A program made the translations under genes and the position numbers. Under the pieces are notes generated by a model, which saw only the letters and a program-made list of their open reading frames with translations, did no database searches and was not told the DNA's origin. Of a stretch of 64,000 bases of DNA, positions 46,479 through 55,785 are shown piece after piece. Each line of letters begins with the position of its first letter. The first letter of the stretch is position 1. The stretch comes from a bacterium (lineage in GTDB: Bacteria; Patescibacteriota; Patescibacteriia; JBAXGH01), in the NCBI GenBank assembly GCA_037139515.1, contig JBAXGH010000003.1:12800-76799 (forward strand). The letters run 5' to 3'.

Positions 46479-47366
46479 TTATGGCATCTTGCCATAGCAA
46501 GCGAGTCGCTCGCGGATGTAGAGTTCAAGCCTACGAAGGTGCGCTTCATGCTGTTTGATGAACATAGCCTCGTCGAAAGCACAGATATTCATCGAAAGCG
46601 GTGCGCTATTGCCGATGGCAAGATCACCACTCGGGAGAACAAAGACCTTGTCCACATAACGCTCCGTATAGTTCGGAGCTACGATACACCCTCGCGGAGC
46701 AACACGCTTCACATCCTCCACGACGGTGCTAAACAACTGCTCTGAAATACCGTAACTATCGAACACGCTAGCGCCCATGCCGTGAGGCCGAAATTGGTAA
46801 AGGCGCCAAATGTCGACACGAATGTTCTCAAGAAGCTTCGCGATGCCAACGACGGAATGGGCGTTCACACTGGAAACGACCGTCGCGATCTTGATGGTTC
46901 CCTTGAACCCTGACTCCGAGAATAGTTTCGCTATCCAGAGGTTATGAGGGAGCAGATGTCCAACGTCGCGCATAACAGCTTGCACATCTTCCATTGAGGC
47001 ATCAATCGGAAGGTGAAGCATATCAAGCTTCGGCGCGATCCTCTGCACATCCTCTGGTGCGAGCAACAAACCGTTCGTATTGAGAGAGGTATAGATACCA
47101 CGAGATTTCGCAAACTCGATTAAGTCAAAAACAGCTTCCTTGAACAACAAAGGCTCGCCGCCACCTATGGCGATACCCGGAATCGTCATGTGCTTAAAAC
47201 TCAATGACGATTCAAGAAAACGCTTCAGTGCAATGAAATCAACGTGTCCCTTGACGGCTTTACTATTGATGCACATCGCGCAATTGAGCTGACATGCTTG
47301 CGTGATCTGAACATCAAGTATTGCCGTTCTACCTAATCCGGTGAAGATAGGAGAATTATTGACCAT
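46479..47366 (-). CDS. Radical SAM enzyme (single 4Fe-4S, no SPASM tail), function unknown
   Basis: CQLNCAMC (CxxxCxxC) and the GGGEPLL SAM-binding glycine motif. The start is taken at MVNNSPIF... (the track ORF extends to 47438). It lies in a GC-rich island. Confidence 0.75.
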   Translation of the reverse strand: MVNNSPIFTGLGRTAILDVQITQACQLNCAMCINSKAVKGHVDFIALKRFLESSLSFKHMTIPGIAIGGGEPLLFKEAVFDLIEFAKSRGIYTSLNTNGLLLAPEDVQRIAPKLDMLHLPIDASMEDVQAVMRDVGHLLPHNLWIAKLFSESGFKGTIKIATVVSSVNAHSVVGIAKLLENIRVDIWRLYQFRPHGMGASVFDSYGISEQLFSTVVEDVKRVAPRGCIVAPNYTERYVDKVFVLPSGDLAIGNSAPLSMNICAFDEAMFIKQHEAHLRRLELYIRERLACYGKMP

Positions 47367-47479
47367 CGTTCTCTCCCTCGCACAATCATCCGATATTCGG
47401 ATGATCACCTGTATTCTTAGTACACTACTAGAAAGCACCCGTCAAATATCCGTAACAAGCTTTACGCAAAACATGAGAT

Positions 47480-47506
47480 AAAAAATCAGGACCCGTCGGG
47501 TCCTGT
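47480..47506 (-). terminator. Rho-independent terminator (minus strand)
   Basis: On the minus strand: CAGGACCCGACGGGTCCTG followed by ATTTTTT. Confidence 0.55.
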
Positions 47507-47523
47507 GACTGGCGCGACGAGGT

Positions 47524-48117
47524 TTAGTCGTCGTGGTATTCGATGAGGCAGAAAGAGCCTTGGGTCAGCTGGCCCGGCTGTTCACCGAGCAAAAGCTTGA
47601 AGCGCGTGAGCGGATTCGCGAAATGCAGACGAAGCGCCGTACCGTGCCCAACGATGACCGGAACCGTTTCCTGGCTCGCGAGAGCATCACGATGAACCCG
47701 ATGGAAACCATCTTGATACCGCTTGCGCACCTGGTCAGCATTCTCCCCACCGATCTGGGTGAAGTCGAAGCCGTCCGAACTCGTTCGATAGCATTCCTCA
47801 GGGAAACGCTCGTGCGCGGTCCCCTTGGTAAGACCGGCCATCTTCCCAATGTCGACTTCTCCAAACTTGGCCTCTTGAATTACCCGCGAACCAGTCTGGA
47901 ACGAAATCAGATTTCCGGTGCGCAACGAACGAATCAGAATCGAAGTCCAAACAGTACCAGCGCGACAGTTGTCGATTCCGGCGATTGCCCGCCCAAGCGC
48001 GCTCGCCTGCATTTCCCCCTTGGCATTCAAATCAACGTCTTGAATGCCGCTGTAGATTCGCTTGGCGTTGTTGTCAGTCTCGCAATGCCTCGTGATGATC
48101 ATGCGTGTTTTTCGCAT
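47524..48117 (-). CDS. Histidine phosphatase superfamily (phosphoglycerate mutase-like) protein
   Basis: IITRHCETDNN is the RHGE(S/T)xxN catalytic motif. The start is taken at MRKTRMII (the track ORF extends to 48177). Confidence 0.7.
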   Translation of the reverse strand: MRKTRMIITRHCETDNNAKRIYSGIQDVDLNAKGEMQASALGRAIAGIDNCRAGTVWTSILIRSLRTGNLISFQTGSRVIQEAKFGEVDIGKMAGLTKGTAHERFPEECYRTSSDGFDFTQIGGENADQVRKRYQDGFHRVHRDALASQETVPVIVGHGTALRLHFANPLTRFKLLLGEQPGQLTQGSFCLIEYHDD

Positions 48118-48255
48118 GTCTTTCTCCTCTCCTGTGTGGGATTCTCGGAATTTAGCAAAATAAGAACGATTTAGCAACAGGCTCTATACTTAGGCAAAAA
48201 AATCCGGCCTGACTGCGAGGTGCAGCCTGGCCGGGTGAAACTTGGGCGCTTCGGA

Positions 48256-48603
48256 TTACACAATCGCGTGATGGACGACGCCGTCCCTGCACACGCAGAG
48301 CAGCATCCGCACATGAACCTGGGTACACCAGCTCATGTGCTTTTTTGTGTATTCATCGACGATCTTCGCGACCTTTTCCCTGACGGCCGCGGGCGCATCA
48401 GTTGGCATCCGAGCATCAAGGTCAAGGTCGATGAAGACCGTGAGCTTCGTAGCACCAGAGTACTCGGAAAGAACATGCACGCAAACTTCCGGCTTGAATT
48501 CCGGAGTGCTGAGGCATTGCTGCATGGCATCTTCCAGGCTATGCCGAAGTGCGCGCTGTTCTCCGGCTGACGGCAAACCGTAAACGCGAATCACAACCGC
48601 CAT
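48256..48603 (-). CDS. Hypothetical protein
   Basis: 115 aa in the GC-rich island; no family recognised. Confidence 0.35.
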   Translation of the reverse strand: MAVVIRVYGLPSAGEQRALRHSLEDAMQQCLSTPEFKPEVCVHVLSEYSGATKLTVFIDLDLDARMPTDAPAAVREKVAKIVDEYTKKHMSWCTQVHVRMLLCVCRDGVVHHAIV

Positions 48604-48621
48604 CTTCGCCTCCTTCCGCCG

Positions 48622-49176
48622 CTACGGAACTTGAATCCGCTTGGCCTTGTCGATGTTCACGGTACCGCGGTACAGAACATGCGGCACGAGATGATATCGC
48701 CGAAACTTGTCTCCCACTTTCAGGCTTCGGAAATACGCCCGGGCGGCTTCGGGGAGAGTCTTTCCGTAGGCTACAAGCGCTCCCGACGTGTACGGCACGA
48801 ATTCGTCGTCCGAGAACTCCTCTTCATTCGCGTTCGGAGCCTTGGAGTAGACGAAGATTTCGAGCTTCTTCGGATCGAAGTGCCGCGTGTCGATTTCGAA
48901 GAAATCGCGCGGGAAAGGCTTTCCGGTATGCGCGACCTCCTCCCAGATCTCAAAAGGGTGAACTGGGCAGAAGTGCAGAACATCGTTCCAGAGGCAGTTG
49001 CCGAGCGCCTTGATATGCCGACGCATGAGCCACTCACGATCGTTCTGATCCTCAATTGGAAGGTACTTCGCAAGCGCTTTTGCGTGAGCGTCAGGCGCTA
49101 CTTTGAGTAGCTCATTCAGCGGAATCAGCTCTTTGCCGACCATTTCCGACGGAACCTCATGGTAAAGAGAAGCCAT
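48622..49176 (-). CDS. Hypothetical protein
   Basis: 184 aa in the GC-rich island; no family recognised. Many overlapping antisense ORFs here are compositional artefacts. Confidence 0.4.
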   Translation of the reverse strand: MASLYHEVPSEMVGKELIPLNELLKVAPDAHAKALAKYLPIEDQNDREWLMRRHIKALGNCLWNDVLHFCPVHPFEIWEEVAHTGKPFPRDFFEIDTRHFDPKKLEIFVYSKAPNANEEEFSDDEFVPYTSGALVAYGKTLPEAARAYFRSLKVGDKFRRYHLVPHVLYRGTVNIDKAKRIQVP

Positions 49177-49330
49177 GTTACACCTCGCTTTCTACCTGCT
49201 TGTCCGGGCGGAATCATATGTAATTTTCAGCGAAATGTCAATAATCGCTCACAGACTTGACAAAATCGCGATTTTTAGCTTAAATACGAGGCGGATAACC
49301 TTTACCAAAACCCCCGAAGGGAGGCCGAAA

Positions 49331-49906
49331 ATGCCGCGTTCATTCAAGCTTTACATGTTCCGTGAAAGTCAGGTGGGGGTCGAGCCATACCAATACTCGC
49401 TTTCACCCCATGGTTTCAACCTGGCACGCCAAATCGGCGGCCGCTACCTGAAGGATTGCGATTTCACCGATTTCATCATACCGGGGACGCTGCGTTGCAT
49501 GCAGACCCTAGGCGCCATGAGCGAAGGTGCCAAAGACTGGACAACGGGTTTGATTCGGCACGAACCCAAGCTCCTTAGCCGGAAGCACAAAGAGCTGAAG
49601 GAACTCATCAGCGAGATTGAGAGCGACAACCTCAATGTTCTCATGAGGTCGGAGCCGAAGCTTTTCAAGGCGTTCCAGACCGAACTCATCGTCACGCTCT
49701 GGAAGACACTGCGCGAGATGAAGATTGAGACCGATAGCAGAGTCTTGATGATTGTCCACGACGCGCAAGCCGAGAGCATCGTGGAGGCGCTCACGGAAAA
49801 GGTCATCGACCCGCTCAAGCACTGCGAGGGGTTGATGCTCAACATGAGCTACTCCTTCTGGCGAATCGACGCCACGAAGTTCCCAACAGAGTTTCGAAGC
49901 ACCTGA
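49331..49906 (+). CDS. Hypothetical protein (possibly a degenerate histidine-phosphatase-like fold)
   Basis: A GGGAGG Shine-Dalgarno sits 9 nt upstream of the ATG at 49331. LYMFRESQ and IVHDAQAESIVEAL loosely echo RHGE and the second-His blocks of histidine phosphatases, but the catalytic residues are not conserved. Confidence 0.4.
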   Translation: MPRSFKLYMFRESQVGVEPYQYSLSPHGFNLARQIGGRYLKDCDFTDFIIPGTLRCMQTLGAMSEGAKDWTTGLIRHEPKLLSRKHKELKELISEIESDNLNVLMRSEPKLFKAFQTELIVTLWKTLREMKIETDSRVLMIVHDAQAESIVEALTEKVIDPLKHCEGLMLNMSYSFWRIDATKFPTEFRST

Positions 49907-50024
49907 ACCAGCCCACCCCGCACGAAGCCCCCGGTCCAACTCGGATCTGGGGCTCTTTATTTACAAATAAAATATCCCGCCGAAGCACGAGGCCGCAGCG
50001 GGGAGAAGCACGGTCGAAGGAGCG

Positions 50025-50585
50025 CTACTGCACATTCATCTCCGCCGCATCGAAGAGTCGCGTAAAATAACTCGCGAATCTGCGGATGATGCGTTCAGCG
50101 TCGGAGCGCGAAATCGGATAGCCGGCGGGCGTGACTTCGACACCGAGAAGGGACTTCCAAAGCCAGTCAAAAGTCCCGTTTTTTCTTTCGATGTGAGCGC
50201 GCCAGGGATCCTCGACGGGCTCTGCCACGGAATCGTCCAGGATATCCCAGCCGACGCCGATCAGGTCGCACTCCGTCCCGATTGGCTTTCCACAGCCCAG
50301 GCTCACAAAAACACCGGTCGAGCCGTCTTCAGAATCGGGGTTCACCTCGCCATAGACGCAAATCTTGTATTCGCCCTTCCTGACTTCGTAAAGGACGGTT
50401 GAATGTAGCTCGAAGTCGGGTGTGAGCTTGGCGCAGGAAAATTCGTCAACAAGCCCAACCTGCTCGTTCGTGCCTGGCACTGCGCTATTTGCATAAGGTC
50501 CAATCCGCACACCCTCCGAGCGAAGAATTTCGAAGACCTTCTGGAGATTCTTTGAAACCCGGTCCCAGTCTTCACGGCCATTCAT
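50025..50585 (-). CDS. Hypothetical protein
   Basis: 186 aa, acidic; no family recognised. Confidence 0.4.
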   Translation of the reverse strand: MNGREDWDRVSKNLQKVFEILRSEGVRIGPYANSAVPGTNEQVGLVDEFSCAKLTPDFELHSTVLYEVRKGEYKICVYGEVNPDSEDGSTGVFVSLGCGKPIGTECDLIGVGWDILDDSVAEPVEDPWRAHIERKNGTFDWLWKSLLGVEVTPAGYPISRSDAERIIRRFASYFTRLFDAAEMNVQ

Positions 50586-50740
50586 CGATACCTCCTTTGT
50601 CCACGAGAAAATTACGGTTTTTCCGGGGTTGTGTCAAATTAAGGACAGCGCACCTGACCGCCTTGACAAAATACTCCTTTTTGCATAGGTTGACCCAGTC
50701 CGCTGTTCGCTAGTTCACTGACAACGAAAGGAGTTTCCCC

Positions 50741-52363
50741 ATGCTCGAAGTCCTGCTCATTGCCCAGATTCTCACGCTCACAACCGACGATGTGCTCCCC
50801 GAAGTCATCGACCTCTTCACGAGTGGTCGCAAAATCCAACAGCATGGCGTCACCCGAATGATGGGCTATGCGAAAAGCAATGAGTCCCGTGGCGTCGCAG
50901 CGAAAAACAGCGATGAGCTTCGCAAAGTCAACGGTGACTTTCGAATTCACGGCAATCTCTTTTGTGAACCAACAAAGGTCAAGCTCGGAAAATGCAAAGC
51001 CAACAGCTTCGGCTTCACTGGCTCCATTGAACCGCTGCGCTATCTGACGATGTCTGAGGAATCCTATCTGCGAGGAGATGTCGTCATCTGGTACTCGCTT
51101 TGGCATGACGAGGCTGCGCAACAAATCTATTTGGGGGTGTCGTTCGTTTTCACCGATGCTGTCCAGCCGGATCCGACATTCACTGGCCTCAAGACCGCCT
51201 ATGATTTGCTCCTCGACATCAAAACGATGGAACAGAGAGCTCATGTCGCCAATCTCATCCTGGAAATCATCTACGGCCACAATGATAAACAAACCATAGA
51301 CGATGCCTGGAGAGCTTTTGGTTCGCCCTTCAACGTCTTCAACGGCAGAACCATCAGGTTCACGGAGAAAAAAGGCGTTAGCCTTCTCGTCGCCCGCAAA
51401 AAGTACAAAAACCACGTCGATGAAATCCTGGACCAAGCTCCGGTTGCAATCGGCGGGTATTTCGGAAGATTCTTGCCGGGTGAAAGTCACGCCTTTGTCG
51501 GCTATGAAAGCCCGGAAGAGCTTCTAGCCGATTTAGAAAACAATCCTTCCGACGGAGGCACAGCTGAGCTTCTGATTGCCCTTGACCACGATGACGCGCG
51601 CCGATCGATCATCATCACGGTACACGAAAACAATTCTTCACAGGACACGCTCGAAGCGGCTTCGCATAGAGATTCGCTGCCGCTCGTCGCCTATATTCGC
51701 CTGCCGATGACAAATGAACGTGAAGGCGCGATTGCTCAGGACGTGGTTTCGACGCTGATTGAAGGCCCCAAGCTGAATGATGGGCCAGCGCTTAGAACTG
51801 TTCTGTACAACACTTCTCCGATTCAAATCGGTAGCGTGGACGGACAGGAAGAGACATCTGTGCTTAGCTGGATTGCAAGCCTCGCTATCATACTCACGGT
51901 CATCATCGTGATTTGGCGCGATATCGCGAGGCGTACGAAAAAACCGCTCGCTCCGGTGAACGAAACCAAAAAGCTTCCGGAACCGGTCGACTCGGCCGCG
52001 GTTCAAGCAGCTGCACTCGCCGAACGCGAACGCAAGCTTGAAGAGCGACGACGCCGTCAGGAGGAAGAAGCTCAGGCGCTCGCGAACAAGAATTCGCCAC
52101 CCGCACCAGAGCCTCCGATTACGCTTGCGGATATCAAGCCGCTCCGCGATAGGCTCGTGAAATACCTTGAGGACCCTGATCTGTCTGAAGAGGCCCGCGA
52201 AACCTACGAATTCCAGCTCCGACGCGCGGACGAGGAAGACCGCCTCCCGCGCAAGAAGAAGTTCTTCGAGTATGCGGTGAGTCGGATGCCAGTTGAGGAA
52301 CCCGAGGCCGAGAACGACGATTCTGAACAAGGTCCTGATTCAAACCCCAGCCAAACGGCGTGA
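50741..52363 (+). CDS. Hypothetical single-pass membrane protein with a charged coiled-coil C-terminus
   Basis: GAAAGGAG Shine-Dalgarno before the ATG. One TM (VLSWIASLAIILTVIIVIW) splits a ~390-aa N-domain from an ER/K-rich tail. The antisense ORF 50639..51490 is treated as an artefact. Confidence 0.45.
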   Translation: MLEVLLIAQILTLTTDDVLPEVIDLFTSGRKIQQHGVTRMMGYAKSNESRGVAAKNSDELRKVNGDFRIHGNLFCEPTKVKLGKCKANSFGFTGSIEPLRYLTMSEESYLRGDVVIWYSLWHDEAAQQIYLGVSFVFTDAVQPDPTFTGLKTAYDLLLDIKTMEQRAHVANLILEIIYGHNDKQTIDDAWRAFGSPFNVFNGRTIRFTEKKGVSLLVARKKYKNHVDEILDQAPVAIGGYFGRFLPGESHAFVGYESPEELLADLENNPSDGGTAELLIALDHDDARRSIIITVHENNSSQDTLEAASHRDSLPLVAYIRLPMTNEREGAIAQDVVSTLIEGPKLNDGPALRTVLYNTSPIQIGSVDGQEETSVLSWIASLAIILTVIIVIWRDIARRTKKPLAPVNETKKLPEPVDSAAVQAAALAERERKLEERRRRQEEEAQALANKNSPPAPEPPITLADIKPLRDRLVKYLEDPDLSEEARETYEFQLRRADEEDRLPRKKKFFEYAVSRMPVEEPEAENDDSEQGPDSNPSQTA

Positions 52364-52404
52364 CCGTACGGCTGGTTTTTTATTAAACGAAGATGCGCAA
52401 TGAT

Positions 52405-53232
52405 TTATTTTCGCGTATTAAGTTTTTTGTTTTCTGACTGTTTTAAAAAATTATGTGCAGTGACGATGGATCTGCCGAGTCGAGCTTCAAGCTTTTTGCG
52501 CGCACCGCCGGCAATTTCGCCGCCAACCAGCGCATCATCTTTGAGCTTTGATACGCCTTTTGAATCCTCGACGCGATGAATTTCGGTCGTGGCGCGCTCT
52601 CCGAGCATATTAAAAATCAGCTCTAAATCATTCATGTGATCCCGCAGGCTTTCGCGTTTCAAACCTTTCAAATCCTTATATTCGCTTGGTGTGACGCCGA
52701 AAGTCGCTTTTGAAATCTCAGCCGTCAGAATCTCAAAGTCGCGATCTTCCTCCGCGCCACGGTTCTTCCATTCATCAGTCAGTTCTTCACGAATCGCGAT
52801 ACCGCGGAGGCGCTTTTCAATCCAACCCTCGCTATATCCTTTGAGTTGATACAAAGCACGGGTGCGCTTGGTAGCCAGTTCCGGATCCTCGATTTCCTGG
52901 ACGCGTTCATAGCCGACTTTAGCGAGCCAACGTTTGAAAGGCTCGGCTTTCGGGGAGTGAATGGATTGAATAAGACGGAAGACACTTTCGGTATTGGCAC
53001 AATTTATTTTTTGCGCGCCCCCGACGGTTTGAATATCAAGGGGGGTGGCAATTTGCCCCCACCCTTTAGAAAGTTCCGGATCACGCCGTCGCATGTCTTT
53101 CAGATATCCCTCGGGTTGAACCGAGTCTGTCAGCGCCGCCACAATATCAACGATCACAAACCACCATTCGTTTTGATGAATAGTTTTTCTGATTTCTTTG
53201 CCCTTGAAAAGTGATATTTTGATGTGTTGCAT
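52405..53232 (-). CDS. Bro-N / DinD-like (DNA-damage-inducible protein D family) protein
   Basis: N-terminal KGKEIRKTIHQNEWWFVIVDIVAAL is a KilA-N/Bro-N-type motif. The C-terminal region parallels E. coli DinD (ELKEHNK-like helices, GYSEGW, GERATTEI). Confidence 0.5.
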   Translation of the reverse strand: MQHIKISLFKGKEIRKTIHQNEWWFVIVDIVAALTDSVQPEGYLKDMRRRDPELSKGWGQIATPLDIQTVGGAQKINCANTESVFRLIQSIHSPKAEPFKRWLAKVGYERVQEIEDPELATKRTRALYQLKGYSEGWIEKRLRGIAIREELTDEWKNRGAEEDRDFEILTAEISKATFGVTPSEYKDLKGLKRESLRDHMNDLELIFNMLGERATTEIHRVEDSKGVSKLKDDALVGGEIAGGARKKLEARLGRSIVTAHNFLKQSENKKLNTRK

Positions 53233-53355
53233 ATATTTGTTTGAAAAAACACAAATAAGAGCTGGAAAATATTTTCCACCCCCTCAACACGAAGATAATT
53301 ATATCGCTGTCTATTTTTGATGCAAAGAAATACTGTGGATATACACTCTACCTCT

Positions 53356-53487
53356 TAGCTGTCACCCCGAGCCCTCCTATGCTGTCATCCTGGACCTCGC
53401 CGTCGTCATCCCGAAGCCCCCCCGCTGTCATCATGGGTCTCCCCGTCGTTACCCCGAGCCCCCTGCTGTCATCCCGAAGCCGAGGGA
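53356..53487 (+). repeat. Tandem array of six degenerate ~22-bp repeats (consensus about GCTGTCATCCCGAAGCCCCCC)
   Basis: Units start at about 53356, 53379, 53401, 53422, 53444 and 53462. The last unit, TGTCATCCCGAAGCCGAGGGATC (53465-53487), is identical to 55755-55777. Confidence 0.7.
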
Positions 53488-53500
53488 TCTTGAAATGTGG

Positions 53501-53761
53501 TTATAGTTGTAGCAGTTCCGGCAAACACTCCCCTTTTTTGTTGTTTATTGCGATAAGATAGAGGTCCTCAACTTTGGCGCGAGCCCACGGCGTTTTGCGC
53601 AAAAACACGAGACTCGATTTGATGCTCGGGTTCGTGGTGAAACACTTGATTTTGATTTTTCTACCCAGCTCTTCAAAGCCAAAATGCTCCACGAGATATT
53701 CGAGGATCATGAGCAGGGTTTTGCCGTGTAACGGGTCTTTTTGAGTAGAAATCGGGTTCAT
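53501..53761 (-). CDS. DUF2132 (VF530-like) family small protein
   Basis: KDPLHGKTLLMILEYLVEHFGFEELGRKIKIKCFTTNPSIKSSLVFLRKTPWARAKVEDLY matches the conserved DUF2132 core (KDPLHG..TLE...L...YGWEEL...I.I.CF..DPSIKSSLKFLRKTPWAR.KVE.LY). Confidence 0.6.
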   Translation of the reverse strand: MNPISTQKDPLHGKTLLMILEYLVEHFGFEELGRKIKIKCFTTNPSIKSSLVFLRKTPWARAKVEDLYLIAINNKKGECLPELLQL

Positions 53762-53876
53762 GGGGAGACTATATCATGAGCAGTGTGGATCACGAAAGCG
53801 CCCCAATCATGGCATTGACTAATACCAATAATTGCGCTAATCTCCGCCATGGATTCACAAACAAAGGAGTTCCGCC

Positions 53877-54698
53877 ATGCAGAGAACGCAAGCACTTGAA
53901 CAACTCAAGGAGTTCCGGGATTACACAATCGCTGACGATATAAGGCAGTGGATTCGACAGATAGAAGAAAGACCCGCTGACGCTGCACGTTACGCTCCGG
54001 AATTCTGGCCCAGGTTTAGCGCCACCATGAAGAAGCTGATGTACGCAAGCAGCTTCATCACCATCGCTCTTCTAATCATCGCCGGCCTTGTGAAGTCACC
54101 AGCCGACATAGAAGCTATGCTGCGTCATGGATTCTCCGGAGTCGTCATCGTCTCTATGTGGTACGCACTTCACACGATTCTTACACGTGCGACAAAGAAG
54201 AATCGGGAAGACGCCCGACGGAAATCGCAAGCGCGGATCGAAAGCAACCCGGCGTACGTCCGGGCCAAGCGGATGCTTCTCGCGATTGCTGAGTTTGAAA
54301 GACAGCGCGAACAATTCCTGATGTTTTCCGAAGTCAGAGAAATGGGACTCGCGAGGCAGAGCGATGAGCTGTACGAGCGCACGGCCGACAGACTCAACCG
54401 TTTTCTTGGCTCACTCAACCGCATGAGCAGGATGATGAGCTACTCAAGCCTAGAGCGACTCTACGAGCTGTACGAAAATCGCCAAAACGCAAAGCTCGAC
54501 GGTTCGGATGCTGAGGGCCGTGAAGCGATGCGCCTCATCATGGCGGAAGGCAAGAAGGGTTCAGAGCTGCCGCTCCTCGAGTTCGAGGATCTGGAGAGGA
54601 TTCTGGAGGATGAAGATATCTTCCGCGAGATTGAGGCCGACAGTCTGGAAAACAGGATTGCGGCTCTCAAACAGCCGCCGGAAGAGAATAAAGATTGA
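53877..54698 (+). CDS. Hypothetical protein with central TM helices and an Arg/Glu-rich C-terminal region
   Basis: 273 aa with two hydrophobic helices (FITIALLIIAGLV, FSGVVIVSMWYALHTIL); no family recognised. Confidence 0.4.
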   Translation: MQRTQALEQLKEFRDYTIADDIRQWIRQIEERPADAARYAPEFWPRFSATMKKLMYASSFITIALLIIAGLVKSPADIEAMLRHGFSGVVIVSMWYALHTILTRATKKNREDARRKSQARIESNPAYVRAKRMLLAIAEFERQREQFLMFSEVREMGLARQSDELYERTADRLNRFLGSLNRMSRMMSYSSLERLYELYENRQNAKLDGSDAEGREAMRLIMAEGKKGSELPLLEFEDLERILEDEDIFREIEADSLENRIAALKQPPEENKD

Positions 54699-54769
54699 TG
54701 TAGCTCGTGACAAGATACGAATCGCCCGCGGCGCTTGGCCCCGGGCGATGTTTTTTATCTGGTTTTTCT

Positions 54770-55642
54770 TTAGACGCCAATTTTCCAAACATTCTTTTCA
54801 AGGAATGCCTCGATGGTTTGTCTTTTAGCTTTATTGATCAAACTTGAATGTGAGATTCCGCTCATCTTTGCGTGTTCGGCGAGTGTCATAATTTTTTTTC
54901 CTTCTAAATACGCTAACCGTTTATGGTAGCTACTCGTGAGCGCCTTCCCCACCATTTCTTCCATAATAACGGTCGCGCCTTTCGTATCAAATTCTCTGAA
55001 CGCTTCGTAATATTTGCTCCTATCAATAAACTTGATATTCACGGGCACAAAACCTTCACGAATCAATAAATAGTTATTCAGCACCCGACCTATTCGACCA
55101 TTTCCGTCAACAAACGGATGCGTATACTCAAAAGTCAGATGCAGCCTGGCGATACGTTTAATGATGCTTTCGTGGCTCGAAGCCCCGTATTCGATCAGCA
55201 TTTTTTGGAGACGCTCAGTAATTTCTTTCGGATTTGGAGCAATATGACTTCCGACACGTACAAACTCATCATCTTTTCTGAATCTTCCGGCAACATCATC
55301 GCGAATATTCGAAATCAGCATTTTGTGCAAAAAAAGCATCACATCGAGCGTCAACTCCTGTTCTTTAGCCCGAACATCTATATACGAAACAACGCGCGCC
55401 AGATTCTTGGCTTCAAAAATCTCACGTTCAGTGATGTATCTATCCAAGTCGACTTGAAGAAGAATCTTTTCAGTTTCTTCAAGCGTCAGTGTACTATTCT
55501 CGATGGCATTTGAGTTATAGACCTGCTCCGCCACCTCGGCTTCAGAAATAAGCTTAATCAAAGCATCTTTTCCTTGAGCTGCTTTATAGTATCTTTCGCG
55601 CAAAGAATTGATTTTACCAAATACATTGAGTGTTTTAGCCAT
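54770..55642 (-). CDS. Fic/DOC family protein (class II, N-terminal inhibitory motif), probable AMPylase
   Basis: Fic active-site motif HPFVDGNGRIGR. The N-terminal SNAIEN matches the (S/T)xxxE(G/N) inhibitory helix, and there is a C-terminal wHTH-like region. Confidence 0.85.
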   Translation of the reverse strand: MAKTLNVFGKINSLRERYYKAAQGKDALIKLISEAEVAEQVYNSNAIENSTLTLEETEKILLQVDLDRYITEREIFEAKNLARVVSYIDVRAKEQELTLDVMLFLHKMLISNIRDDVAGRFRKDDEFVRVGSHIAPNPKEITERLQKMLIEYGASSHESIIKRIARLHLTFEYTHPFVDGNGRIGRVLNNYLLIREGFVPVNIKFIDRSKYYEAFREFDTKGATVIMEEMVGKALTSSYHKRLAYLEGKKIMTLAEHAKMSGISHSSLINKAKRQTIEAFLEKNVWKIGV

Positions 55643-55731
55643 ATACCAGGATTATACACGATTTTCACGGTTTTGTCCACATAAACGTGAAAAGCATGGT
55701 TTTTAAGCCATGTTTTCACGGTTATGATGAT

Positions 55732-55777
55732 CGTTGTCATCCCTGCCATCACGTTGTCATCCCGAAGCCGAGGGATC
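55732..55777 (+). repeat. Two-unit copy of the ~22-bp repeat, ending in the same 23-bp sequence as 53465-53487
   Basis: CGTTGTCATCCCTGCCATCA then CGTTGTCATCCCGAAGCCGAGGGATC. Positions 55755-55777 equal 53465-53487 exactly. Confidence 0.7.
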
Positions 55778-55785
55778 CAGTCACT

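Noticed and set aside
50639-51490. 283-aa minus-strand ORF antisense to the 540-aa membrane-protein gene
   Set aside because: It lies wholly inside the longer plus-strand ORF, which has a proper Shine-Dalgarno (GAAAGGAG) and a TM plus coiled-coil architecture. The same reasoning applies to the 51638..52330 minus-strand ORF and other antisense ORFs in the GC-rich island (48220-49110).
53356-53487. CRISPR array interpretation of the ~22-bp tandem repeats
   Set aside because: The units are directly abutting and degenerate, with no unique spacers of comparable length. There are no cas genes nearby. This is a tandem or iteron-like repeat, not CRISPR.
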